Source: Myxococcales bacterium
Lineage (GTDB): Bacteria > Myxococcota > Myxococcia > Myxococcales > UBA5297
Direction of reading: 5' to 3'
NCBI GenBank assembly: GCA_036504155.1
Contig: DASXVQ010000068.1
Location: 57,463-121,462, forward strand
Length of the DNA stretch: 64,000 bases
In this document: positions 7,728 to 15,557 of the stretch, in pieces
How positions within the stretch are numbered: the stretch's first letter is position 1
How the letters are laid out: every line of letters begins with the position of its first letter
Program-made: the position numbers and the translations under genes
The notes under the pieces: model-generated
Seen by the model: only the letters and a program-made list of their open reading frames with translations
Databases searched by the model: none
What the model was told of the DNA's origin: nothing

Positions 7728-9827
7728 ATGACTTCCAATCGCTTGGAGCTGGCGGGGTTGCTGGCGCTGCTGGGCCTGGCCGCCGGGTGCGAGGGCAACG
7801 GCATCCCGAAGCCGGAGTCGGTGCAGCAGGCCATCACGCTGCAGGGCTTCGACGACTGCGAGGCGCTGGAGCAGTACCTCGAGGACCGGGCGGTGCTGGC
7901 GATGCGCGCCGACCTGACCGGGCGGGCGGAGAACAACGAGTCCTGGCTCGGCATCGGCATCGGCATCGGCTTCGGCGCGGGCGCCCCGATGTCCGAGGGC
8001 ACGACGGCGGCGGCGAACGCCAGCGGCCCGAGCACCGACCAGTCCTCGCCGGCCGCGCCCGGCGAGTTCACCACCACCAACACCCAGGTCGCCGGCGTGG
8101 ACGAGGCCGACTTCGTCAAGAACGACGCCACCCACATCCTGGTGCTCTCCGGGCAGACCCTCTACGTGAACAAGAGCTGGCCCGCGGACCAGCTGGCCAC
8201 CACCAGCCACCTGGCGATCGAAGGCTGGCCGCGCGAGATGTTCCTGGACGAGAAGAGCAGGGTGGTCGTCTTCTCGCAGGTCTTCCGCGCCTACGAGTGG
8301 GCCGCCGAGGAGTACTCCTGCCGGGCCGACGCGGGCTCCTACCCGGGCTACTGCGACCACGACCACGCCAACACCCTCAAGCTGACCGTCATCGACCTCG
8401 CCGACGACACCGACCCCAAGGTGGTCCGCGAGGAGTACCTGCCCGGCACCTATCTCTCGTCGCGGCGCATGGGCGCCTCGGTCCGCGTCGTCACCAGCGA
8501 CCCGTTCCGCTGGCCCGCCGGCGTGCGCTTCTACCCCGACGCCACCGAGTCCGTGGTCCAGGACAAGGCGCTGCGGGTGAAGGCCTTCGAGGCGCTGATG
8601 GACCAGAACGAGACCCTCATCCGCGCCCAGACGCTCGACCAGTGGCTGCCCGCCGGCGAGCGCAAGCTGCCCGACGGCTCCACCGTCGCGGTCCCGCACC
8701 TCTGCTCCGACTTCAAGCGCCCGAGCGGCGCCACCGAGCTGGGCCTGCTCACCGTCGCCACGCTGAACCTCGAGGACGCCTCCGCGCCCGCCTCGCGCAC
8801 CTCCATCCTGGCGCGTGCCGACGAGGTCTACGCTTCGGCCACCTCGCTCTACGTGGCCAACCAGCACTGGTGGTGGTGGCCGCAGCCGGGCCAGCGCAGC
8901 TGGACCTACCTGCACAAGTTCGACATCAGCGACCCCGAAAAGGCCGTCTACCGGGCCTCCGGCGCCGTCGAGGGGGAGATCGTCGATCAGTTCTCCATGG
9001 ACGAGTTCCAGGGCTACTTCCGCATCGCCACCACCCGCGCCGAGCGCAAGGCCAGCGCCACGCAGTGGTGGGGCGAGTGGCAGACCTCCAGCCGCGTGGC
9101 GGTCCTGGCCGAGCGCGACGGCGCCCTGCAGCTGGTGGGCGCCACCGACGACCTGGCCGCGGGGGAGAAGCTCTACAGCTCCCGCTTCATGGGCGACCGC
9201 GCGTTCCTGGTGACCTTCCGCCGGGTCGACCCGCTCTTCAGCATCGACCTGTCCGACCCCGCCAACCCGAGGCAGGTGGGCGAGCTGAAGGTGCCGGGCT
9301 TCTCGACCTACCTGCACCCCGTGGACGCGACGCGCCTGCTGGCCATCGGCGAGCAGGACGGGACGGTCAAGCTCTCGCTCTTCGACGTCGGCGACCTGGC
9401 GCGGCCCCGGGAGATCTCCTCGACGCAGGTGGGGACCTACTCCGGCAGCTCCGAGGCGCAGTACGAGCACAAGGCGTTCAACTACTTCGCCGCCAAGAAG
9501 CTGCTCGCCATCCCGTTCTACGACTGGTCGTCGCAGACCTACTCCGCGGAGGCCCCCTGGACTGGCTTCGTCAGCAGCCTGAAGGTCTTCAAGATCGACC
9601 CGGCGACCGGCATCCACGAGGTCGGGGCCCTCGACATGGCCGACGTCTACTCCCGCGGCGGCAGCGGCTACTACGGCTGGAGCTGGTACTGGAACCCCGG
9701 CGTGCGCCGCAGCGTGATGGCCGACAACTTCGTCTACGCCGTCTCCGACGCCGGCATCCGCTCCGCCAACGTCGAGGCGCTGACCTCGCCGCTCAAGACC
9801 GTCCTCTTCGACGAGCCGAGCTGGTAG
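7728..9827 (+). CDS. beta-propeller domain lipoprotein (Beta_propel/PF09826-like)
   Basis: Lipobox LAAGC. The N-terminal segment DEADFVKNDATHILVLSGQTLYV and repeated propeller-like blades match my recollection of the secreted beta-propeller family. GAGGAG RBS before the ATG. Confidence 0.75.
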   Translation: MTSNRLELAGLLALLGLAAGCEGNGIPKPESVQQAITLQGFDDCEALEQYLEDRAVLAMRADLTGRAENNESWLGIGIGIGFGAGAPMSEGTTAAANASGPSTDQSSPAAPGEFTTTNTQVAGVDEADFVKNDATHILVLSGQTLYVNKSWPADQLATTSHLAIEGWPREMFLDEKSRVVVFSQVFRAYEWAAEEYSCRADAGSYPGYCDHDHANTLKLTVIDLADDTDPKVVREEYLPGTYLSSRRMGASVRVVTSDPFRWPAGVRFYPDATESVVQDKALRVKAFEALMDQNETLIRAQTLDQWLPAGERKLPDGSTVAVPHLCSDFKRPSGATELGLLTVATLNLEDASAPASRTSILARADEVYASATSLYVANQHWWWWPQPGQRSWTYLHKFDISDPEKAVYRASGAVEGEIVDQFSMDEFQGYFRIATTRAERKASATQWWGEWQTSSRVAVLAERDGALQLVGATDDLAAGEKLYSSRFMGDRAFLVTFRRVDPLFSIDLSDPANPRQVGELKVPGFSTYLHPVDATRLLAIGEQDGTVKLSLFDVGDLARPREISSTQVGTYSGSSEAQYEHKAFNYFAAKKLLAIPFYDWSSQTYSAEAPWTGFVSSLKVFKIDPATGIHEVGALDMADVYSRGGSGYYGWSWYWNPGVRRSVMADNFVYAVSDAGIRSANVEALTSPLKTVLFDEPSW

Positions 9828-10035
9828 CGGCGATCCGCGGGACCGCCAGTCGGGTGGCGGACGCGAGGATCTTGCTGCCACTCGGGTGGCGGTGAAGGTC
9901 TTCTGCGGCCGCGGCCCGCCCCCCAGTCGTCCTTCCCCGGTCATTTCAACAGGTTGTACGATGCCTCCCTCCTGGCGGAGCTCGGCACGCCCAGTGCAAA
10001 ATCCGCCGCCTTTTTGGCCCCCACCGGAGACATCG

Positions 10036-12300
10036 ATGGCGACGACTTCTGCACCGGGATTTGGCATTCGAATCGCGATCTTCGTGGGCGGCCTGCTCAC
10101 CTGCTTGGGGGGAGCGCAGGCGGTTCCGGCGCGCCCCGCCCCCATCGCCCTCCAGAACGCCGACGGCTCGGTGGTGATGGGCCGCATGTTCGGCGACGAG
10201 CGGCTGTCGTGGACCGAGGACCTGAGCGGCTTCGCCATCGCCTTCGACGAGCGCAGCGGCTCCTGGAACTACGCCCGCGAAGGCGCCGAGGGCCGCCTGG
10301 TTCCCACCGACCTGCGCGCCGGCCGGGTCGACCCCAGCGCGGCGGGCCTGACCGCCCACCTGCGGCCCGGCGCGGACGTGGTGAAGTCCGCGCTCGCCGG
10401 CCGCCGCAGCGCCAACCGGCTGACGGCGCTGGCGCGCTCCAAGGTCCGCAAGGATCTGGGCCCGCAGCGCAGCGTGAAGAACCTGGTCATCCTGGTCCAG
10501 TTCAGCGACCAGACGCCGCACTTCCAGCCGGCGGACTTCGACCCGGTCTTCAACGGCGCCCAGAGCTCGGTGCGCGACTTCTACCGCGAGATCTCCTACG
10601 GCCAGTTCGACATGACCTCGGTCGTCGTGCCCTGGGTCAAGCTGCCCAACCCGGCCGCGTACTACGCCTACAACGACCGCGTCCCCGACGGCCGGCCGGA
10701 CCTGATGATCTCCGACGCGGTCGACTACCTGAACTCGCAGGGGTTCGACTTCAAGCAGTTCGACTCGAACAACGACGGGTACGTGGACGCGGTCGACATC
10801 ATCCACTCCGGCCAGGCCTACGAGAACACCGGCGTCGCCACCTACATCCACTCGCACTACGCGCCGTTCGACGGCTTGTTCTTCCGCAGCCCCTACACCC
10901 ATGACGGGCTGCAGTTCACCGGCTACCACACCGAGGCCGAGTACGGCCCGAGCGGCGGGGAGATCACCCAGATCGGCGTCATCTGCCACGAGACCGCGCA
11001 CTTCTTCGGCGCCCCCGACCTCTACGACTACGACTACGACTCGGCCGGCCTGGGCCTGTGGAGCCTGATGGCCGCGGGCTCCTGGGGCGGCAGCGGGATG
11101 AGCGGCGACCGGCCCTCGCACCCCGACGCCTACACCCGGACCGTGCTCGGCTTCGCCACCACCACCGTCCTGTCGGCCGACCAGGCGGGCGTCAGGCTCA
11201 CGCCGGTCGAGGCGGGGCCCAACATCCTGCGGCTCGACAAGAACATGCCCAGCTACGAGCACTTCCTGATCGAGGACCGGCAGCGCGTCGGCTACGACCA
11301 GTCGGTGCCGGGCTCGGGGCTGCTCATCTACCACGTGGACGAGAGCCGCTCCGACGAGAACGACCAGAACGACTACCTCGTCGACCTGGAGCAGGCCGAC
11401 GGCAGGCGCGACCTGAACAAGAACCCCTACGCCAACGGCGACGCCTCCGACGCCTGGCCGACCGGGGCCAAGAAGGACTTCGCGCCCTGGTCCAAGCCGG
11501 GCAGCGAGCCCTACCCGGGACTCGCCGGCCAGCCGGTGACGCTGGCGACCATCTGGGTCACCAACATCACGCGCGTCGCCGCGGACATCACCTTCGACCT
11601 GACCTTCAAGGAGCCGTCGATCCAGGGCCAGGCCTGCGCCACCTACACCGAGTGCGCGAGCGGCTTCTGCGTCGACGGCGTGTGCTGCGACAAGGCCTGC
11701 CTCGGCTCCTGCGAGAGCTGCAGCAAGGCCAGCGGGGCCGTCGCCGACGGCAAGTGCTCGCTGGTCGAGGGCATGACCTGCGACGACCGCAAGGCGTGCA
11801 CCGAAAACGACGTCTGCACCAAGGGCGTCTGCAAGGGGACGGCGAAGACCTGTCCGCTCGCCGATGCCTGCAACGAAGCCGGCCTCTGCCAGGCCGCCAG
11901 CGGCGAGTGCCTGGTCAAGCCGAAGGCCGACGGCACGGGCTGCGACGACGGCGACCCGTGCACCACCATCGACTCCTGCCAGGTGGGCGTGTGCACCGGC
12001 GGCGCGCCGAGGGTCTGCCAGGCGCTGGACTCCTGCCACGTGGCGGGGGTCTGCGCCCGGGACACGGGCGAGTGCTCGAACCCGGTCGCCGAAGAGGGCA
12101 CGGCGTGCGGCGAGCGGTCGACCTGCATCGGCGGAGTGTGCACCGAGAAGCCGCCGGAGCCGGACGCTGGAACTCCGCCCGAGCCTCCGAAGGCCACCTC
12201 CTGTGGCAACTGCGCGAGCGGCGGCGCGGGCCTCTCTCCGCTGCTGGGCATGCTGATCGCCGCCCTGGCTTTCCGCCGGAAGGCCGTGGCGAAGCCCTGA
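10036..12300 (+). CDS. M6-family (immune-inhibitor-A-like) zinc metalloprotease with Cys-rich repeat stalk and MYXO-CTERM tail
   Basis: Signal peptide after ATG 10036. HExxH in VICHETAHFFGAPDLYD. About 190 aa of Cys-rich repeats (CxxxxxCxxGxC type). The C-terminus SCGNCASGGAGLSPLLGMLIAALAFRRK is a MYXO-CTERM pattern. Confidence 0.85.
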   Translation: MATTSAPGFGIRIAIFVGGLLTCLGGAQAVPARPAPIALQNADGSVVMGRMFGDERLSWTEDLSGFAIAFDERSGSWNYAREGAEGRLVPTDLRAGRVDPSAAGLTAHLRPGADVVKSALAGRRSANRLTALARSKVRKDLGPQRSVKNLVILVQFSDQTPHFQPADFDPVFNGAQSSVRDFYREISYGQFDMTSVVVPWVKLPNPAAYYAYNDRVPDGRPDLMISDAVDYLNSQGFDFKQFDSNNDGYVDAVDIIHSGQAYENTGVATYIHSHYAPFDGLFFRSPYTHDGLQFTGYHTEAEYGPSGGEITQIGVICHETAHFFGAPDLYDYDYDSAGLGLWSLMAAGSWGGSGMSGDRPSHPDAYTRTVLGFATTTVLSADQAGVRLTPVEAGPNILRLDKNMPSYEHFLIEDRQRVGYDQSVPGSGLLIYHVDESRSDENDQNDYLVDLEQADGRRDLNKNPYANGDASDAWPTGAKKDFAPWSKPGSEPYPGLAGQPVTLATIWVTNITRVAADITFDLTFKEPSIQGQACATYTECASGFCVDGVCCDKACLGSCESCSKASGAVADGKCSLVEGMTCDDRKACTENDVCTKGVCKGTAKTCPLADACNEAGLCQAASGECLVKPKADGTGCDDGDPCTTIDSCQVGVCTGGAPRVCQALDSCHVAGVCARDTGECSNPVAEEGTACGERSTCIGGVCTEKPPEPDAGTPPEPPKATSCGNCASGGAGLSPLLGMLIAALAFRRKAVAKP

Positions 12301-12526
12301 GCCGTCTTCACCCGGCCCGGGGCAGCCGCACGCCCGAAAACATAGACTGATTCAGCGGTTGGATGCGCTGTGTGACCGCCGTCACGCGGTCGCCCGCATC
12401 ATTAGATCCCTTGAAGGGGCTTGCCGGCGTGACTCCTTTCTGAGATACCTCCGCGAAATAGTGCATGACAGACACTCGTAATTGAGTGTAGATGTGCGCG
12501 GATTCGTTACACGGAGGAGGTATCGG

Positions 12527-13177
12527 ATGGCTGGAAATACGAAGAATGGAAAGACCCCTGCTGCTCCCGCGAAGAAGGTTGCCGAGAAGGCGCCGGTCGC
12601 CAAGGCAGCTCCGCCTGCAGCTGAAGTGAAGCCCGTTGCGGCCAAGCCCGCCGACACCAAGCCCGCGCTCAAGACCGCCGCTCCCGCCCCGAAGGCCGTG
12701 GCTGCTCCGGCGCCTGCGCCCGCACCGGTCGCCAAGCCGGTCGAGGCCAAGCCCGCCGCCGCGGCGCCCGCGCCGAAGGCCGAGGCCAAGCCGGTCGAGA
12801 AGGCGCCTGCCAAGCCCATCGCCCATGTGTCGTTCGGGCCCAGCTGGAAGCAGACCATCGAGGGCGAGCTCGTCTCCGGTGGCCAGGTCACGCTGAGCTA
12901 CGACCCCGGTCGCGCCCAGCTGCGCCACAAGAACGGCGACAAGCCCGCGTGGGGGGTGCAGGCGTTCGTCAAGCTCGTGCCCAGCGGCCAACTGGTCGAG
13001 CAGCCCGCGGTGGACTTCAACGGCAGCGGCGCCAAGGCGCGTCCGGTGACCGTGGAGCTGCCCAAGGGCACCACCGAGATCCAGGTGTGGTTCAAGAATT
13101 GGGCGACCGCCGAGAAGCCGGGCGAGGCCTGGGACAGCAACTTCGGCCTCAACTACAAGTTCGCCGTCCGCGCGTAA
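12527..13177 (+). CDS. hypothetical protein: Ala/Pro/Lys-rich disordered N-half plus beta-rich C-domain with carbohydrate-binding-module-like WDSNFGLNYKF motif
   Basis: GGAGGAGG lies 6 nt upstream of ATG 12527. No signal peptide. About 100 aa of (A/P/K/V) low complexity precede a globular roughly 110-aa domain. Confidence 0.65.
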   Translation: MAGNTKNGKTPAAPAKKVAEKAPVAKAAPPAAEVKPVAAKPADTKPALKTAAPAPKAVAAPAPAPAPVAKPVEAKPAAAAPAPKAEAKPVEKAPAKPIAHVSFGPSWKQTIEGELVSGGQVTLSYDPGRAQLRHKNGDKPAWGVQAFVKLVPSGQLVEQPAVDFNGSGAKARPVTVELPKGTTEIQVWFKNWATAEKPGEAWDSNFGLNYKFAVRA

Positions 13178-13291
13178 GCCGCTCCGCCGGCTCTGAGAAG
13201 AATCGCCCCGGCCGCACGGCGCCTTCCTGGCGCTCCGGTCGGGGCGATGTAACATGGCGGCGCGGCGCCCGCGGGCGTCGCGGAGGTGTCC

Positions 13292-13939
13292 ATGTCGCGT
13301 CGCGCCGTCATCGCTGGTCTCTTCTTCCTCGCCGCCTGCGGCGGACCAGCGGGTGAGAACAGCTCGTCCGGAAGCGTGAAGGGCGTGTCGTTCTCGCCGA
13401 CGGAGCCCTACGCCATCTACATGGTCAAGGGGAACCCCATCCTCCAGGACAAGCTGGTCATCCTCATCAGCGACGATCCGGACTCCTGCGAGCACCTCGA
13501 GAACGTCGACAGCTCCGAGCAGCCGTACCTGAAGATGCCCGACGGCAGCCACGCCCCGTCGATCTGGATGAAGACCAACGATCACACCGACATCCTCACC
13601 GACATGCGCGGGGTCGGCGACGACCTCTACGCCAGCTTCGACCCCGGCGCGGCCAAAGGCTCCGACTGCGCCGCGGCGCCGTGCGAGGGCAAGTGGATCG
13701 CCGCTTCGAAGGGCACGCTGGAGATTAACGCCAGCTCCGACCCCAGCTCGGCTGGCGCCTGGGCCGCCGGCTCGTACTACCTGACCTTCGACGGCGAGCA
13801 GATCTCCGGGACCTTCAGGGCCAAGCCCTGCAAGACCATGAAGATCGACGGGTGCAGCGTGGTCGCTGGCGGCAGCTTCCCGGCGCTCGGACTGCTGGCG
13901 CTCGCGCTGCTCAAGCGCCGTCGTTCGTCCCAGGCGTAG
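13292..13939 (+). CDS. small secreted protein with both an N-terminal lipobox and a C-terminal MYXO-CTERM tail
   Basis: GGAGG lies 5 nt before ATG 13292. MSRRAVIAGLFFLAACGG contains a lipobox. The C-terminus DGCSVVAGGSFPALGLLALALLKRRRSSQA fits the MYXO-CTERM pattern. Confidence 0.7.
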   Translation: MSRRAVIAGLFFLAACGGPAGENSSSGSVKGVSFSPTEPYAIYMVKGNPILQDKLVILISDDPDSCEHLENVDSSEQPYLKMPDGSHAPSIWMKTNDHTDILTDMRGVGDDLYASFDPGAAKGSDCAAAPCEGKWIAASKGTLEINASSDPSSAGAWAAGSYYLTFDGEQISGTFRAKPCKTMKIDGCSVVAGGSFPALGLLALALLKRRRSSQA

Positions 13940-14046
13940 CCCACGCCGAACAGCAGGGTGGCGCCGGGAAAGCCCCCGCTCCACGAACTGCCGTCCCCAC
14001 GCCCGTCTCTCACTGACAACCACGCGTTCGTGCTGGAATCGCCGGC

Positions 14047-15009
14047 ATGCTCGCTCTGGCTCAACACGGCTTGGCGGTCGTGGGCGCCGTCCTCGCGCTC
14101 GCGGCGCCCGAGGAGGCCCTCCTCGCCAAGCCCTCGTCGACGGCGCTGTCGGTGGAGGTGGCCAAGACCATCCTCTTCGCAGCCGACCGAGCGGCGCCGC
14201 CGGCCTGCGAGGCGGGTGCCGAGCCCGAACGGATCGCCTGCCTCGTCCAGGCGCGCTTCCAGCAGGACCCCCAGGCCGCCAAGGTGGCGCTCGCGCTCTA
14301 CCGGCAGACGGGCACCGTGGTGGGCCTGTTGCCCGAGCAGGACTTCGACGGCGCCTACCGCGGCAAGCTCCACTTCGTCCCGCGGCTGCCCGTCGGCGAG
14401 CACCGCAAGCACCTGGAGTGGCTCGCGGCGGCGCTGGCCGAATACGACGACCTCTTCACCCGCCTGGAGAAGCGGCAGGGCAAGCCCCTGGGCTACCGCT
14501 GGAAGCCGCTGGAGCTGCGCTTCTTCGAGTCGGTCAAGGCGCGCACGCCGTCGGCCTGGGCCAGCGACTGGAACGTCTCCTACAACGTCAGCGGCTCGCT
14601 CTTCAGGTCGGCCGTGGGCGTGCGCGAGACCCTGTTCCACGAGCTCTTCCACCTCAACGACTTCGGCCGCCGCGGCTGGTCCAAGCGCTCGCTCTCGGCG
14701 GTGTACGACCGCATCGTCGCCCGCTGTGGCAAGGCGGTGAAGTGCCTGGCTCCCTACTCGCCGGACGGGATCATCGTCCGCGTCAGGGGCGGGACCTACT
14801 ACGACTTCATGCCCGAGAACGGGGTGCAGGAGTACGCGGCCGACGTCGCCAAGCGCTGGTTCGTGGAGCACCGGCTGCTGCGCGCCGGGCTGACCGTGGG
14901 CAAGCCGTTCAAGTGCGGCGCGCCCGAGAACGCCGAGGCCTGGAAGCTCGTGGTCGACGAGTTCTTCGCGGGCATCGATGACGTGCCGGCCTGCCCGAAG
15001 GCGAACTGA
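14047..15009 (+). CDS. secreted hypothetical protein with HExxH (putative zinc metallopeptidase of unrecognised family)
   Basis: N-terminal hydrophobic signal. A single LFHELFHLND motif. Several conserved-looking Cys. Normal codon and amino-acid usage. Confidence 0.7.
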   Translation: MLALAQHGLAVVGAVLALAAPEEALLAKPSSTALSVEVAKTILFAADRAAPPACEAGAEPERIACLVQARFQQDPQAAKVALALYRQTGTVVGLLPEQDFDGAYRGKLHFVPRLPVGEHRKHLEWLAAALAEYDDLFTRLEKRQGKPLGYRWKPLELRFFESVKARTPSAWASDWNVSYNVSGSLFRSAVGVRETLFHELFHLNDFGRRGWSKRSLSAVYDRIVARCGKAVKCLAPYSPDGIIVRVRGGTYYDFMPENGVQEYAADVAKRWFVEHRLLRAGLTVGKPFKCGAPENAEAWKLVVDEFFAGIDDVPACPKAN

Positions 15010-15137
15010 CGGGCGATCGCCGGCGCGGCGACTGTGCGCTGGCGCACTCTGCCGCGCACTGCTCTTCCTCGCCGGTGCTCGCCGCGCTTAGCCTGCGCTA
15101 AAGACGCGGCCCTCATTTCAGCGGGAGGGTGCACGAG

Positions 15138-15557
15138 ATGGCGACGGAGGCGGTGACGGCTCAGCGGGTCAGGGAGGCGCTGGAACTGTTCGGCACGCAG
15201 TCGGAGAAGGCCCTGGAGGCGCTCGGGTCGATGTACGCCGAGACCGCGACCTTCCAGGACCCGCTGCAGAAGCTGGTCGGCAGGTCCGCCCTCCTGGCGA
15301 TGAACCGCCGGCTGGCCCAGCGCTACAAGACGATGCGCTTCGAGGTCTCGCGGGCGGCCCAGGCCGGCGACGAGATCTTCCTGACCTGGACCATGGAGCT
15401 GTGCTCGTCGGTCAGGTTCGAGGGGGCGACGCACCTCGAGCTGCAGGACGGCCTCATCGTGCGGCACCGGGACTACTGGGACGTGCTCGGCGGCTTCGTC
15501 GATTCGATCCCCGTGGCCCGGGTGCTCTACCACGCCATCCTCAAGCGCTTCGCCTGA
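15138..15557 (+). CDS. SnoaL/NTF2-like fold protein
   Basis: About 140 aa. The pattern ...LYAETATFQDPL...F..TW.M......G.T.LE..DGLIVRHRDYWD is typical of SnoaL-like polyketide-cyclase/NTF2 domains. The start could instead be GTG 15129. Confidence 0.7.
   Translation: MATEAVTAQRVREALELFGTQSEKALEALGSMYAETATFQDPLQKLVGRSALLAMNRRLAQRYKTMRFEVSRAAQAGDEIFLTWTMELCSSVRFEGATHLELQDGLIVRHRDYWDVLGGFVDSIPVARVLYHAILKRFA

Noticed and set aside
7662-10238. 858-aa minus-strand ORF, with similar giants at 4213..6708 (-), 9946..12039 (-), 12308..14023 (-) and 28864..29946 (-)
   Set aside because: These are antisense to genes with clear family motifs (beta-propeller lipoprotein, M6 protease, GT-C protein). The products are dominated by Arg/Gly/Ala/Pro/Val/Asp with almost no Lys, Ile, Asn, Phe or Tyr. 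This is the expected stop-free shadow of a ~70% G+C coding strand.
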